Source of the DNA: an uncultured Mollicutes bacterium | Lineage (GTDB): Bacteria; Bacillota_I; Bacilli_A; Acholeplasmatales; Anaeroplasmataceae | Direction of reading: 5' to 3' | DNA length: 45,917 nucleotides | Assembly (NCBI GenBank): GCA_947177025.1 | Contig: CAMWSQ010000001.1 | Location: forward strand, 1-45,917 | Shown: in pieces, positions 25,114 to 34,060 of the stretch | Numbering within the stretch: the stretch's first letter is position 1 | Layout: each line of letters starts with the position of its first letter | Program-made: the position numbers and the translations under genes | The notes under the pieces: model-generated | Databases searched by the model: none | Seen by the model: the letters and a program-made list of their open reading frames with translations, nothing else | What the model was told of the DNA's origin: nothing

Positions 25114-27801
25114 ATGACTAGAAATGAATTTGACATTCTACATTATATTTATAAAAACGGCAAAAAAAGCTATAGAGATATCAGCAAAGCAACAGAGGTA
25201 TCCATTGGAACTGTTTCTAAGGTGATGAAACAACTTTTAGAAAAACAATATATATTCAATGATGAAATCACTTCATTAGGTATGCAGGCATTAGAAGCCT
25301 ATCGTGTTCATAATGCAATCATTTTAGCAGCAGGTCCCTCCTCAAGATTTGTACCCTTATCCCTAGAACAGCCAAAGGGATTGTTCAAGGTAAGAGGAGA
25401 GATATTGATTGAAAGACAAATCCAGCAGCTTCAAGATGCCGGAATTGAGAATATCTATCTTGTTTTAGGATATAAAAAGGAAGCCTTCTTCTATTTGAAG
25501 GATAAATATAATGTTCATTTTATTATCAATACAGAATACAACAAAAAGAATAACATTGAATCCTTATACATTGCAAAGGACAAGCTAGGATCAAGCTATA
25601 TTTGTTCTTCCGATGATTATTTCACCATAAATCCATTTCAAAAATATGAATATCAAACCTTCTATGCATCTATCTATACTCCTCAAAAAACAAAGGAAAT
25701 GTATGTGGATGTAAATACGAAAGATGAAATTATAGTTATGGCAAAGGGGAGACCCTCAGGAAATATTTTATTAGGTCACTCTTATTGGAATGAGAATTTT
25801 TCTAAAGCCTTTACTTCTCTTATGGAAAAATATCATGATACTGGAGAATATGATAGTGCCTTTTGGGAAAAGCTTGTTGCAGACCATTTATCCGTTCTTC
25901 CTAAAATGGAAATCAAAAGATATCCAGAGGATACAATTTTTGAATTTGATTTTGTTGAAGAACTACGCGCCTTTGATAACAAATACGTCAATCACACCGA
26001 AAGTAAAATCATGGCAAACATTTGTTTGGCTCTAAAATGTAATGAAGCAGATATTTTTAATTTCAAGCCTGTGTATGAAGGTCTTACAAATACTTCCTTC
26101 ATCTTTACAGTTAAAAATATTCAATATGTGTATCGTCAGCCTGGAGAAGGAACTGGAGCGGTTATTAATCGGAAGCATGAAAAAATAGCATTAGAAGTCG
26201 CAAAGGAAAATCATTTTGATCCAACCTTCCTTTATATGGATGAAAACGAAGGATGGAAAATATCCTATTATATTCCTTCTTTCAGAGAACCAGATTATGC
26301 AAATCCAGAAGATTCTAAGATTGTAATTCAAACCTTGCAACGACTTCATAAAATTCAAGTCAAAGAAATTGATTGGACATTTGAGCCTGTTACTGAAGCA
26401 CTGAAGCTAGAAACTGCTTTGAAAGAAAAAACAACAATTGCAATGTCTGACTTTGATGAATTAAAGGAACGCATTTTAAAGCTATATGAAAAGACAAAGG
26501 GAGACGGAATTGAAAAATGCTTCTGTCATGGAGATACATACAAGCACAATTGGATGATTACTCCTACTTCTACTATACTCATTGATTGGGAATACGCAGG
26601 TTTAGGTGATCCAGGTATTGACGTTGGATATTATATTGTAGACGCAATGTATTCCTTTGAAGAGGCAGACCAATTTATTCGCGCTTATTGTAAAGACACA
26701 TATTCTGATGCATTACGCTTCCATTATCTTGCTTACACAGCTATTATTGCCTATTATTGGTTTGTTTGGGCGCTCTATAGAGAATCCTTTGGAGCTATCA
26801 TAGGAGAATCTCTTTACAATTGGTATACTATGGCAAAAACATATTCCTTATATTTAGAAAAGGAATATGCAATTCAAAGTAAACTATTAAATCGCTACGA
26901 ATTTGAAGTATTAAAATACATTGAAGAAAATTCAAACGTCCCTTATGATTCACGATCCATCTCAAATAGTCTTCTTTTCTCATGGGACAAGGTCAAAGGA
27001 ATTCTAGCAGAGGGTTTAGAAAAAGGAATCCTTAAAAACAATTCTTCTACTCTCTCTATTACCGAAAAAGGAAAAGCCCTATTAGAACCCTATCAGGTTG
27101 AACGTGCTGTCATTATGGCAGCAGGCTTTGGTTCAAGAATGGTGCCAATTACTCTAGAACGACCAAAGCCATTAGTTAAAGTCAATGGAATCAGAATCAT
27201 TGACACTCTATTAGACGCTTTAATTTCAAAAGGAATCAAGGAAATCTATATTGTTACAGGATATAAAAAAGAAATGTTTGGTGAGCTTTTAGAAAAATAT
27301 CCATTCCTTCAATTGATTGAAAATGACGATTATAACATTACCAATAACATTTCTTCTATTATGAAGGCATTGCCTCACATAGACAATTGTTATATCTGTG
27401 AAGCAGATTTCTTAGTATCTAATCCAAACATTATCTCAAAATATCATTATTGCTCAAATTATTTGGGAGCCTATGTACGCGAAACAGATGATTGGTGTTT
27501 TAGAAGTGAAAATCAATATGCAGTGGATTATAAAAAAGAAAATACCAACTGCTATCAAGCCTTTGGTATTTCTTATTGGAATGCAGAGGATTCCAAAAAG
27601 CTAAGAAGCTATCTTCCTCAAATCTATAAAACAAAAAAAGGAAAACAAGAATTTTGGGAATCCTGTATTTTCAATTATTATAAGAATGATTTCAAAGTGG
27701 AAATTAATATCTGTTCTAAATTCGATATTGTAGAAATTGATAATTTTAGTGAACTCGTAGAAATTGATCCATCCTATAAATCCTACACAAATAAACAATA
27801 A
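25114..27801 (+). CDS. Triple fusion of wHTH-LicC-like nucleotidyltransferase, LicA-like choline/aminoalcohol kinase, and a second wHTH-LicC-like nucleotidyltransferase
   Basis: aa 1-60 form an HTH, then ILAAGPSSRF...PKGLF. The kinase part carries CHGDTYKHNWM (Brenner motif) and LIDWEYAGLGDPGIDVGYY (choline-kinase motif). A second HTH is followed by IMAAGFGSRMVPITLERPKPLVKVNG. Confidence 0.85.
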   Translation: MTRNEFDILHYIYKNGKKSYRDISKATEVSIGTVSKVMKQLLEKQYIFNDEITSLGMQALEAYRVHNAIILAAGPSSRFVPLSLEQPKGLFKVRGEILIERQIQQLQDAGIENIYLVLGYKKEAFFYLKDKYNVHFIINTEYNKKNNIESLYIAKDKLGSSYICSSDDYFTINPFQKYEYQTFYASIYTPQKTKEMYVDVNTKDEIIVMAKGRPSGNILLGHSYWNENFSKAFTSLMEKYHDTGEYDSAFWEKLVADHLSVLPKMEIKRYPEDTIFEFDFVEELRAFDNKYVNHTESKIMANICLALKCNEADIFNFKPVYEGLTNTSFIFTVKNIQYVYRQPGEGTGAVINRKHEKIALEVAKENHFDPTFLYMDENEGWKISYYIPSFREPDYANPEDSKIVIQTLQRLHKIQVKEIDWTFEPVTEALKLETALKEKTTIAMSDFDELKERILKLYEKTKGDGIEKCFCHGDTYKHNWMITPTSTILIDWEYAGLGDPGIDVGYYIVDAMYSFEEADQFIRAYCKDTYSDALRFHYLAYTAIIAYYWFVWALYRESFGAIIGESLYNWYTMAKTYSLYLEKEYAIQSKLLNRYEFEVLKYIEENSNVPYDSRSISNSLLFSWDKVKGILAEGLEKGILKNNSSTLSITEKGKALLEPYQVERAVIMAAGFGSRMVPITLERPKPLVKVNGIRIIDTLLDALISKGIKEIYIVTGYKKEMFGELLEKYPFLQLIENDDYNITNNISSIMKALPHIDNCYICEADFLVSNPNIISKYHYCSNYLGAYVRETDDWCFRSENQYAVDYKKENTNCYQAFGISYWNAEDSKKLRSYLPQIYKTKKGKQEFWESCIFNYYKNDFKVEINICSKFDIVEIDNFSELVEIDPSYKSYTNKQ

Positions 27802-27826
27802 AAAAAGGCGATACTCGCCTTTTTTA
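27802..27826. terminator. Bidirectional terminator between convergent genes
   Basis: AAAAAAAGGCG-ATACT-CGCCTTTTTTAT, with an A-run and a T-run flanking a GC stem. Confidence 0.7.
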
Positions 27827-28720
27827 TTTAATTCTTTCATAAATCTTTTTTGCGAAAACAATGTCGTGTAAAGCAATTCCGATGTTATAGGCTATAATGC
27901 GTTCCTCATCGTTTTCTCTTCCCTTACAAGCATAATTCACAACATCACAAACTTCATTAAAGGATTTGAATTGGTGAAAGTATTTAAATCCTTCAATATG
28001 TCCATAATCATCACCAAAAATTTTATCAAATGTTAAATCACAGCCTTGAAAGCCTCTAGTATGAATTGGAACAAGTAATACACCCTTTTTGTAAACAGCT
28101 GCATCTGCAAAATCTTTGTCTGCAAAGGTTACAGCAGAAACAATTACATCTGAATCCTTTGCCATCTCAACATAATCATCAAAAATTTTCCATGTAATAT
28201 TGGAATTTCCTGAAAATTCATCTACAATGGATTGTCCTACCTGATTGAAATTTAAAATACGAATTTCAATCTTTTTATCTTCTTCTAATGTTTCTAGATA
28301 CATACGAAGTGTAGCCTTTCCAATAACACCTAATCCTAAAAAAGAAATGGTTTGATAATTCTTTTTAGCAAATAAATGAATAGAATGTACCGCAACAGCT
28401 GCAGTTCTCCACGTTGTAATAAAATCAGCATCGATAATGGCTTGTAAATTCCCCGTTTTTAAATCGTATAAAGAAAGTTTACTGTCAAGTACAGGTACTC
28501 GTTCGGGATATCTAGTAACAATCTTTACGCCTGCAACACCTTCCGTTTCAACAACACAAGGCATAACATTATAAAAGATTCTTCCTTCATCCATCTTCAT
28601 ACTTATTTTTTCTGGCAAAAGCATACTTTTTTTATTCTTTATTGTTTCTGAAGCCCAATTTAACATTTCTTTACAAGAAATATTTAAATCCAAAATTTGT
28701 TCATTTGAAATAAGTTTCAT
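27824..28720 (-). CDS. Ornithine cyclodeaminase / mu-crystallin family NAD(P)-dependent enzyme
   Basis: The family pattern ...ITTWRTAAVAVHSIHLFAKKNYQTISFLGLGVIGKA... contains the Rossmann GxGxxG region. It is the last gene of the importer operon. Confidence 0.7.
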   Translation of the reverse strand: MKLISNEQILDLNISCKEMLNWASETIKNKKSMLLPEKISMKMDEGRIFYNVMPCVVETEGVAGVKIVTRYPERVPVLDSKLSLYDLKTGNLQAIIDADFITTWRTAAVAVHSIHLFAKKNYQTISFLGLGVIGKATLRMYLETLEEDKKIEIRILNFNQVGQSIVDEFSGNSNITWKIFDDYVEMAKDSDVIVSAVTFADKDFADAAVYKKGVLLVPIHTRGFQGCDLTFDKIFGDDYGHIEGFKYFHQFKSFNEVCDVVNYACKGRENDEERIIAYNIGIALHDIVFAKKIYERIK

Positions 28721-28743
28721 ATGAATCTCTCCTTTTGTATTTA

Positions 28744-31314
28744 TTAAAATTTGTCATGATCCTTATAGTCTTTATAAGAATCATCTAAAGCAACCAATTC
28801 ACTGAAGTTATCAATTTCAACAATGTCTGGTTTATAGCATTCACGAATTGTAATCTTGAAATCCTTCTTATATACTTTTAAAGGTGCGTTGTCCCAGAAA
28901 TTTTCTTTTCCTGCTCGAGAATGATATAGCTTCTTTATATCTTCACTAAGCTTTTTACCATCTGCTTCATTCCAGTAAGAAATACCTATCATTTGATAAC
29001 AATTCTCTCCACCTTGCTGATAGTGATCAATATAAATTCCCTTTTTAAATAAACACCAGTCTTCTGTCTCACTTACTTTAATTCCTAAATAATTTGTATT
29101 ATATTGATACTTTTGAATAAGATCCTTATTTTTAACTAAAAGATCTGCCTCACAAATATAACAACGTTCCATATAGTCTAAAGCCTTCATTGCAGAAGAA
29201 ATATTGTTTGTTACATTATATTCCTCATTATCTACAAACTTTACAAAAGGATATTTTTCTAACAGCTGATCGAATTGTTCCTTCTTATATCCACGAACAA
29301 TTAATACATTAGTTATACCTTTTTCCACAAGTGCATCTAATAGAGTATCAATGATTCTTGTTCCATTGACCTTTACCAAAGGCTTAGGAATATCCAAAGT
29401 TACAGGAGCCATTCTAGAGCCAAAACCTGCAGCTAAAATAATAGCTTTACGTACACGATATGGTTCTAACACCAACAAGCCCTTTTCTGTAATACTCATA
29501 TCTCCTTTTACATCAACCTGAACATATCCAAGCTCTGTACAGAAATTCAATTCACGATTGATTGTTCCTAAAGAAATGGTTAGCATATCTGATAACTCTC
29601 TTTGAGTATATTTCCCTTTTCCATGCTTTTCTAAAAATGTTAATATTGAAAATTGATACTTATTTAATTCCATAAATTCTATTCCTTTTCTTCTTTCTTT
29701 TCTTGTTACAAAAATATAAGTTAAAATTGCAGTACATCCTTTAAATACTAAATTGATTAAAATGATAATAAAAGAAACAACTGCTTGCATCTCATAGTTT
29801 CCTGTTCTCTCATAAGTAGTAATAAGCACTGCCAAAGGCTGTGTCTTATATGTGCTTAGGAACGCAACTGCAGAAATGGTAATCATAGAATTCAAAAAGA
29901 AATATGAAAACATTTCAATTATCGTTCCTATAGAGGAAGGAATTAGCACCTTGAAAAACACTCTAAATCGATTCAGTCCTAAAGTGTTTCCTACAATTTC
30001 ATAATCCTTATTGATTTTAGACAAACAATTCTTTGCCATAATAAACGGTGAGCCCAAGAAATGCGCAACATTTACTGCAACAATGATAGCAACGGTTCCA
30101 TAAAAGAACCCGTTGGTTCCTTGGAATATAAATATATATCCAATACCTAAAACAATTCCTGGAATTGCAATAGAGGCCATCGCCAAGAAATTTAATATTT
30201 TTCCAAGAATTCCTTCTTCTATACGAGACGTAAAATATGCTGCAGTATAAGCAAAAGCTGTACCAACAACTCCTGTTGCAATTGCAATTAAAATCGAGTT
30301 GCTAATATATTTTCCTAACCCAACACCATGAACTGCATCAAATACATTGGCAAGATTCTTCATTGAAAATTGAATGTTGTTTGGATACCCCTTCATAAAC
30401 GCTAACGAAACAAAGGACGCCTGTGGGATAAGCAAAAAGAAAACAACCAAAGAAATAAAAACAATTGTAATGATATTGAATGCTTTTGATGCTGGAAGCA
30501 AAGCATTTTTACTCTCTCCTCCGTTGTCCTCCTTTAAGAAAATATCTAAAATAAAGGAAACAACCGCAGGAATTAAAAGTATTAAACCAACTAATGCTGC
30601 TCGTCCATATTTAAAATTTGTCATTGCCTGTTCATAAAGATACATAGGTAATGTCTTAATTCTACCTGCAACCTCCATTGGTATACCATAATCTGAAAAG
30701 ATTAAAGTAAAACTTGCGAGGAAGGCTATAATTAAAGGTTTAAATAAATATGGAAGTGTGATTTTAAAGAAGGTACTAAACTTTCGTATTCCTAAAATAT
30801 TTGCAGCATCATATGATTCCTTATTCTCATAGCGTAATGCATCATAGAGAACCAAAAAGGTTGGCGGAAAGCTTACAACAATGGAGCCTAGAATTAAACC
30901 TGAATATCCCAACAAATCTTTATTAAAGCCAAACATTTGGTCAAAAAAACCATTAGTTCCAGAACATACACGTATACCAAGTCCAATGGATAGCGTTGGA
31001 ACTAGCATAGGTATAGTTAAAAGAATATTAAAGATTTTTTTATGTTTCAAAGTGGAAAAATTTAAAAAGTAAGCAGTCACCAATGCTAATATTGTGGTAA
31101 GTAAACTACTCACAAGAGTGTAAACAAATGAATTCTTGACAGCCTCATGAAAACCAGGATCCTGAAATACATAGGAAGTGTCTGCTCCTACTATATTAAA
31201 CAACAAAAAGAATAAGGGAAGTATACAAAATAGGAGAATACATCCCATATAAATGCATCGTGTTATATTATAGGATTTTATCGTAATTCTTTTACTTCTT
31301 ATCGTGAATTCCAT
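28744..31314 (-). CDS. 12-TM ABC importer permease (Fbp/PhnUV/Pot class) fused in frame to a wHTH-LicC-like nucleotidyltransferase
   Basis: Permease body to about aa 552. The sequence then reads ...RKGIEF-MELNKYQFSILTFLEKHG (HTH) and ILAAGFGSRMAPVTLDIPKPLVKVNG. There is no stop at the junction (ATG at 29673). The C-terminal module is a clear paralog of the C-terminal module of 25114..27801. The start is uncertain (31314 or 31329). Confidence 0.85.
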   Translation of the reverse strand: MEFTIRSKRITIKSYNITRCIYMGCILLFCILPLFFLLFNIVGADTSYVFQDPGFHEAVKNSFVYTLVSSLLTTILALVTAYFLNFSTLKHKKIFNILLTIPMLVPTLSIGLGIRVCSGTNGFFDQMFGFNKDLLGYSGLILGSIVVSFPPTFLVLYDALRYENKESYDAANILGIRKFSTFFKITLPYLFKPLIIAFLASFTLIFSDYGIPMEVAGRIKTLPMYLYEQAMTNFKYGRAALVGLILLIPAVVSFILDIFLKEDNGGESKNALLPASKAFNIITIVFISLVVFFLLIPQASFVSLAFMKGYPNNIQFSMKNLANVFDAVHGVGLGKYISNSILIAIATGVVGTAFAYTAAYFTSRIEEGILGKILNFLAMASIAIPGIVLGIGYIFIFQGTNGFFYGTVAIIVAVNVAHFLGSPFIMAKNCLSKINKDYEIVGNTLGLNRFRVFFKVLIPSSIGTIIEMFSYFFLNSMITISAVAFLSTYKTQPLAVLITTYERTGNYEMQAVVSFIIILINLVFKGCTAILTYIFVTRKERRKGIEFMELNKYQFSILTFLEKHGKGKYTQRELSDMLTISLGTINRELNFCTELGYVQVDVKGDMSITEKGLLVLEPYRVRKAIILAAGFGSRMAPVTLDIPKPLVKVNGTRIIDTLLDALVEKGITNVLIVRGYKKEQFDQLLEKYPFVKFVDNEEYNVTNNISSAMKALDYMERCYICEADLLVKNKDLIQKYQYNTNYLGIKVSETEDWCLFKKGIYIDHYQQGGENCYQMIGISYWNEADGKKLSEDIKKLYHSRAGKENFWDNAPLKVYKKDFKITIRECYKPDIVEIDNFSELVALDDSYKDYKDHDKF

Positions 31315-32086
31315 GGATACTATCCTCAATTGATTTTATTTTTTCATCCAATTGCTCAACGATAAAGCTTTGAATGAATGGAGAAGCTGGATTATGATAA
31401 ATATTAGATGGTGTATCCAATTGAACAATATGATTATCATCAATTACCATAATACGATCAGATAAGCTAAAAGCTTCCTCTTGATCATGTGTAACATAAA
31501 TCATAGTTATTCCATACTTTTCTTGTATCTTCTTTAATTCCTTACGTAATGCCAGCTTAATATTCGCATCTAACGCAGACATCGGTTCATCAAACAAAAT
31601 AATGTCTGGATTTAAAACCAATGTACGAGCAATAGCAACTCTCTGCTGTTGTCCACCTGATAATTGTCTTGGCTTTTTATGGACATGCTCCTGTAGTCCT
31701 ACAATTTCAATAATTTCATTTACACGATTTTCGATTTCTTCTTTTGAGACCTTTTTAACCTTTAAAGCATAGGCAATATTATCATACACCGTCATATTCG
31801 GAAACAAAGCATAATTTTGGAATACAATTCCCATGTTTCTTTCTCTTGGTGTTTTATGCGTAATATCTTCACCCTGCTTAAAGATTGTTCCATATGTAGG
31901 TTCTTCTATGCCAATTAAAATACGTAGAAGTGTTGTTTTTCCACATCCTGAGGAACCCAAAAGGGAGAGAAACTCTCCCTTATATACTTGGAAATAAATG
32001 TTTTCTAAAACGATTCTATTTCCATATTTTTTTCCTATGTTTTCGATAGTTAAAATTGCTTCTTTTTCCATAATTATAGTTTCCAT
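31292..32086 (-). CDS. ABC transporter ATP-binding protein (PotA/FbpC-like)
   Basis: Walker A GSSGCGKTT, signature LSGGQQQR, Walker B ILFDEPMSALD. An alternative start exists at 32071. Confidence 0.9.
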   Translation of the reverse strand: METIIMEKEAILTIENIGKKYGNRIVLENIYFQVYKGEFLSLLGSSGCGKTTLLRILIGIEEPTYGTIFKQGEDITHKTPRERNMGIVFQNYALFPNMTVYDNIAYALKVKKVSKEEIENRVNEIIEIVGLQEHVHKKPRQLSGGQQQRVAIARTLVLNPDIILFDEPMSALDANIKLALRKELKKIQEKYGITMIYVTHDQEEAFSLSDRIMVIDDNHIVQLDTPSNIYHNPASPFIQSFIVEQLDEKIKSIEDSIHGIHDKK

Positions 32087-33066
32087 TTATCTAAAAGATT
32101 TTGTTTATAACTTGGATCAAATAATCCCTTCATATCTATTGCAGGAACATCTGTTGGATAAAGTGGATCTACTGGCTTTTGATTTATATAAATTGGATCT
32201 GGACAGAACTTTTCAAGTTGGTCTTGATTCATTTCATTATAAATATATTCCCAAACCTCACGAACAGCTGGTCTAGTTTCATGACCATTAATCATAGCCA
32301 TAACATATAAATTGGAAGGTGCTCCATAGTCTAGGAAAGTGTAATCTAAATCTGCATTATTCTTCTTATATTCCACACATTGCCATAGCATTGCTAAACC
32401 AATAGCAATCTCTCCACGATCAGTAGCCTTAATAGGTGCAGAGCCTGAAGATGTATATTCTTTAATGTTTTTATCTAGCTTACTAAAATATTCTAAAGCC
32501 TTCTCTTCTCCTAAAACAGATACAACACCATTATAAAATAGATATCCTGTTCCAGAAGATTTAGGATTTGGCATAGTGATTAAATCCTTATATTTAGGAT
32601 CTAATAAATCCTCATATGTTTGAGGCACAGGAAGAGAATGGTCTTCTAATACCTTTTTGTTAATTACAAATGCTCCATAAGTCATAACTGCTGGTGCGTA
32701 TTTTGTATGTCCATAGCTTTTAGCTGCTGGAGTAAACTTATTGAAATCATACTCCTTTAAATCTGCAAAGAAATTTGGGTTTTCAGATAATAAAAGCTCC
32801 ATATTATTTGCTTCTAATTCTAATACAATATCACAATCTGTATTTGTTTTTTCACCTTGAAGCTTAGAAACTAATGCTCCTGTTCCTGAATACTGAATAA
32901 TGATATTGTAATCTGGAAACTTCTCATCAAGCTTTGCTTGCATATATTCAATTCTTTCTTCTTCAGAGGTTGCATAAAGTAAAACCGTTTCTTTAGAAGG
33001 TCCACAGCTAGTAAATAGCATAGTAACACAAGTAGTTAATAAACCTAATAACAAAAATTTTTTCAT
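32074..33066 (-). CDS. ABC importer substrate-binding lipoprotein (Fbp/PhnS/PotD-like fold)
   Basis: Lipoprotein signal ...MLFTSC plus a type-2 periplasmic-binding-protein pattern. RBS AAGGAGA upstream. Confidence 0.85.
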   Translation of the reverse strand: MKKFLLLGLLTTCVTMLFTSCGPSKETVLLYATSEEERIEYMQAKLDEKFPDYNIIIQYSGTGALVSKLQGEKTNTDCDIVLELEANNMELLLSENPNFFADLKEYDFNKFTPAAKSYGHTKYAPAVMTYGAFVINKKVLEDHSLPVPQTYEDLLDPKYKDLITMPNPKSSGTGYLFYNGVVSVLGEEKALEYFSKLDKNIKEYTSSGSAPIKATDRGEIAIGLAMLWQCVEYKKNNADLDYTFLDYGAPSNLYVMAMINGHETRPAVREVWEYIYNEMNQDQLEKFCPDPIYINQKPVDPLYPTDVPAIDMKGLFDPSYKQNLLDKWKL

Positions 33067-33100
33067 AATTATTTCTCCTTACATTTTATTGTACTTCACA

Positions 33101-33129
33101 AGTATACAACACATTTGTTCTATTTTCAA
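33101..33129 (-). promoter_or_regulatory. Promoter of the importer operon
   Basis: Minus strand reads TTGAAA (33129..33124), 17 nt, then TATACT (33106..33101). Confidence 0.5.
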
Positions 33130-33142
33130 CATTTTTTTGTTT

Positions 33143-33178
33143 TTTTTGAACAAAAATGATAAGATTTTTGAACAAAAA
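33143..33178. promoter_or_regulatory. Two copies of TTTTTGAACAAAAA spaced 22 bp apart; candidate operator pair
   Basis: Identical 14-mers at 33143..33156 and 33165..33178, each an inverted repeat TTTTTG-AA-CAAAAA. They sit just upstream of the -35 box of the importer promoter. Confidence 0.35.
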
Positions 33179-33182
33179 AAGA

Positions 33183-33205
33183 AATTCCATTAGTAGTATG
33201 GAATT
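33183..33205 (-). terminator. Terminator after the glycopolymer/LicD operon
   Basis: Stem AATTCCAT / ATGGAATT with a 7-nt loop, followed by TTCTTTTTTTG on the minus strand. Confidence 0.55.
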
Positions 33206-33217
33206 CTTCTTGTTGAT

Positions 33218-34045
33218 TTATTCACTTAGATCTTCTTTACTATATGCTTCTAATCCGTGATTTTTTTGTTCCTCAACGGGAGGGAGCGTCATATACTCTC
33301 CATAAAATTTCGTTAAAATGGCATCATAATTTTTAGGAATATTATATTCCTTGCCCTCAAACCAACCCTTAGCTACAACAAAATCTTCTTTCTCATAAAC
33401 ATATTTGTCAGGATTTTGATATGGACTATCAAAATATCCAATGTATTTTGTATACTTCTTATTTGTTTCTGATAGAAGCTTATGATACTTTTTGATGACC
33501 TTAGGTATACTACAAAAGCTCAATAGGAATTTATGCCATACTACAATATGGAATTTAATAAATCTTTTGACCAAAGAACCATCTAAAGCTTTTAAAGAAA
33601 AATTACAGAAATAAAATTTCTTTCTTCTTTTAGAAATTCGTTTTAAATTTCGTTTTACTTCTTCTTGTGTATCTCCAAAAGCATCTAATGGAAAAATATC
33701 AATGAATAATCCTGTAGACTTTTCTTTGGCTCCTGTTTCATTGATTAGAACACTTGTATCTACTACCTTTGCAAAATCTAAACGGAAGTTTGGATTACTT
33801 TCGGTATCTACAAAATCATACTTCTTTTCAGCTTGAATTGCTTCTTTAAAGGCATCATAGTCTTCTCTTAAAATCCATAAATCAATATCATCATCCCAAG
33901 GAATATATCCCTTATGGCGTATAGCTCCTATAAGTGTTCCATAGGCCAAATAATATGTTAAATTCTTTCTTGTGCAAAGTTCATCGATGTAATCCAACAT
34001 TTGAATTTGCTTAGCACGAATTTCTTCCTGTGTTAATTTTTTCAT
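33218..34045 (-). CDS. licD: LicD-family phosphotransferase (phosphocholine-type substituent transferase)
   Basis: YYLAYGTLIGAIRHKGYIPWDDDIDLWI is the LicD signature. Confidence 0.85.
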   Translation of the reverse strand: MKKLTQEEIRAKQIQMLDYIDELCTRKNLTYYLAYGTLIGAIRHKGYIPWDDDIDLWILREDYDAFKEAIQAEKKYDFVDTESNPNFRLDFAKVVDTSVLINETGAKEKSTGLFIDIFPLDAFGDTQEEVKRNLKRISKRRKKFYFCNFSLKALDGSLVKRFIKFHIVVWHKFLLSFCSIPKVIKKYHKLLSETNKKYTKYIGYFDSPYQNPDKYVYEKEDFVVAKGWFEGKEYNIPKNYDAILTKFYGEYMTLPPVEEQKNHGLEAYSKEDLSE

Positions 34046-34060
34046 TTCTATACTTCCCCT

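Noticed and set aside
28744-31329. Treating the permease-NTase fusion as two separate genes
   Set aside because: The reading frame is continuous with no stop at the junction, so the sequence as given encodes a fusion. Additional internal initiation cannot be excluded, and neither can a sequencing error.
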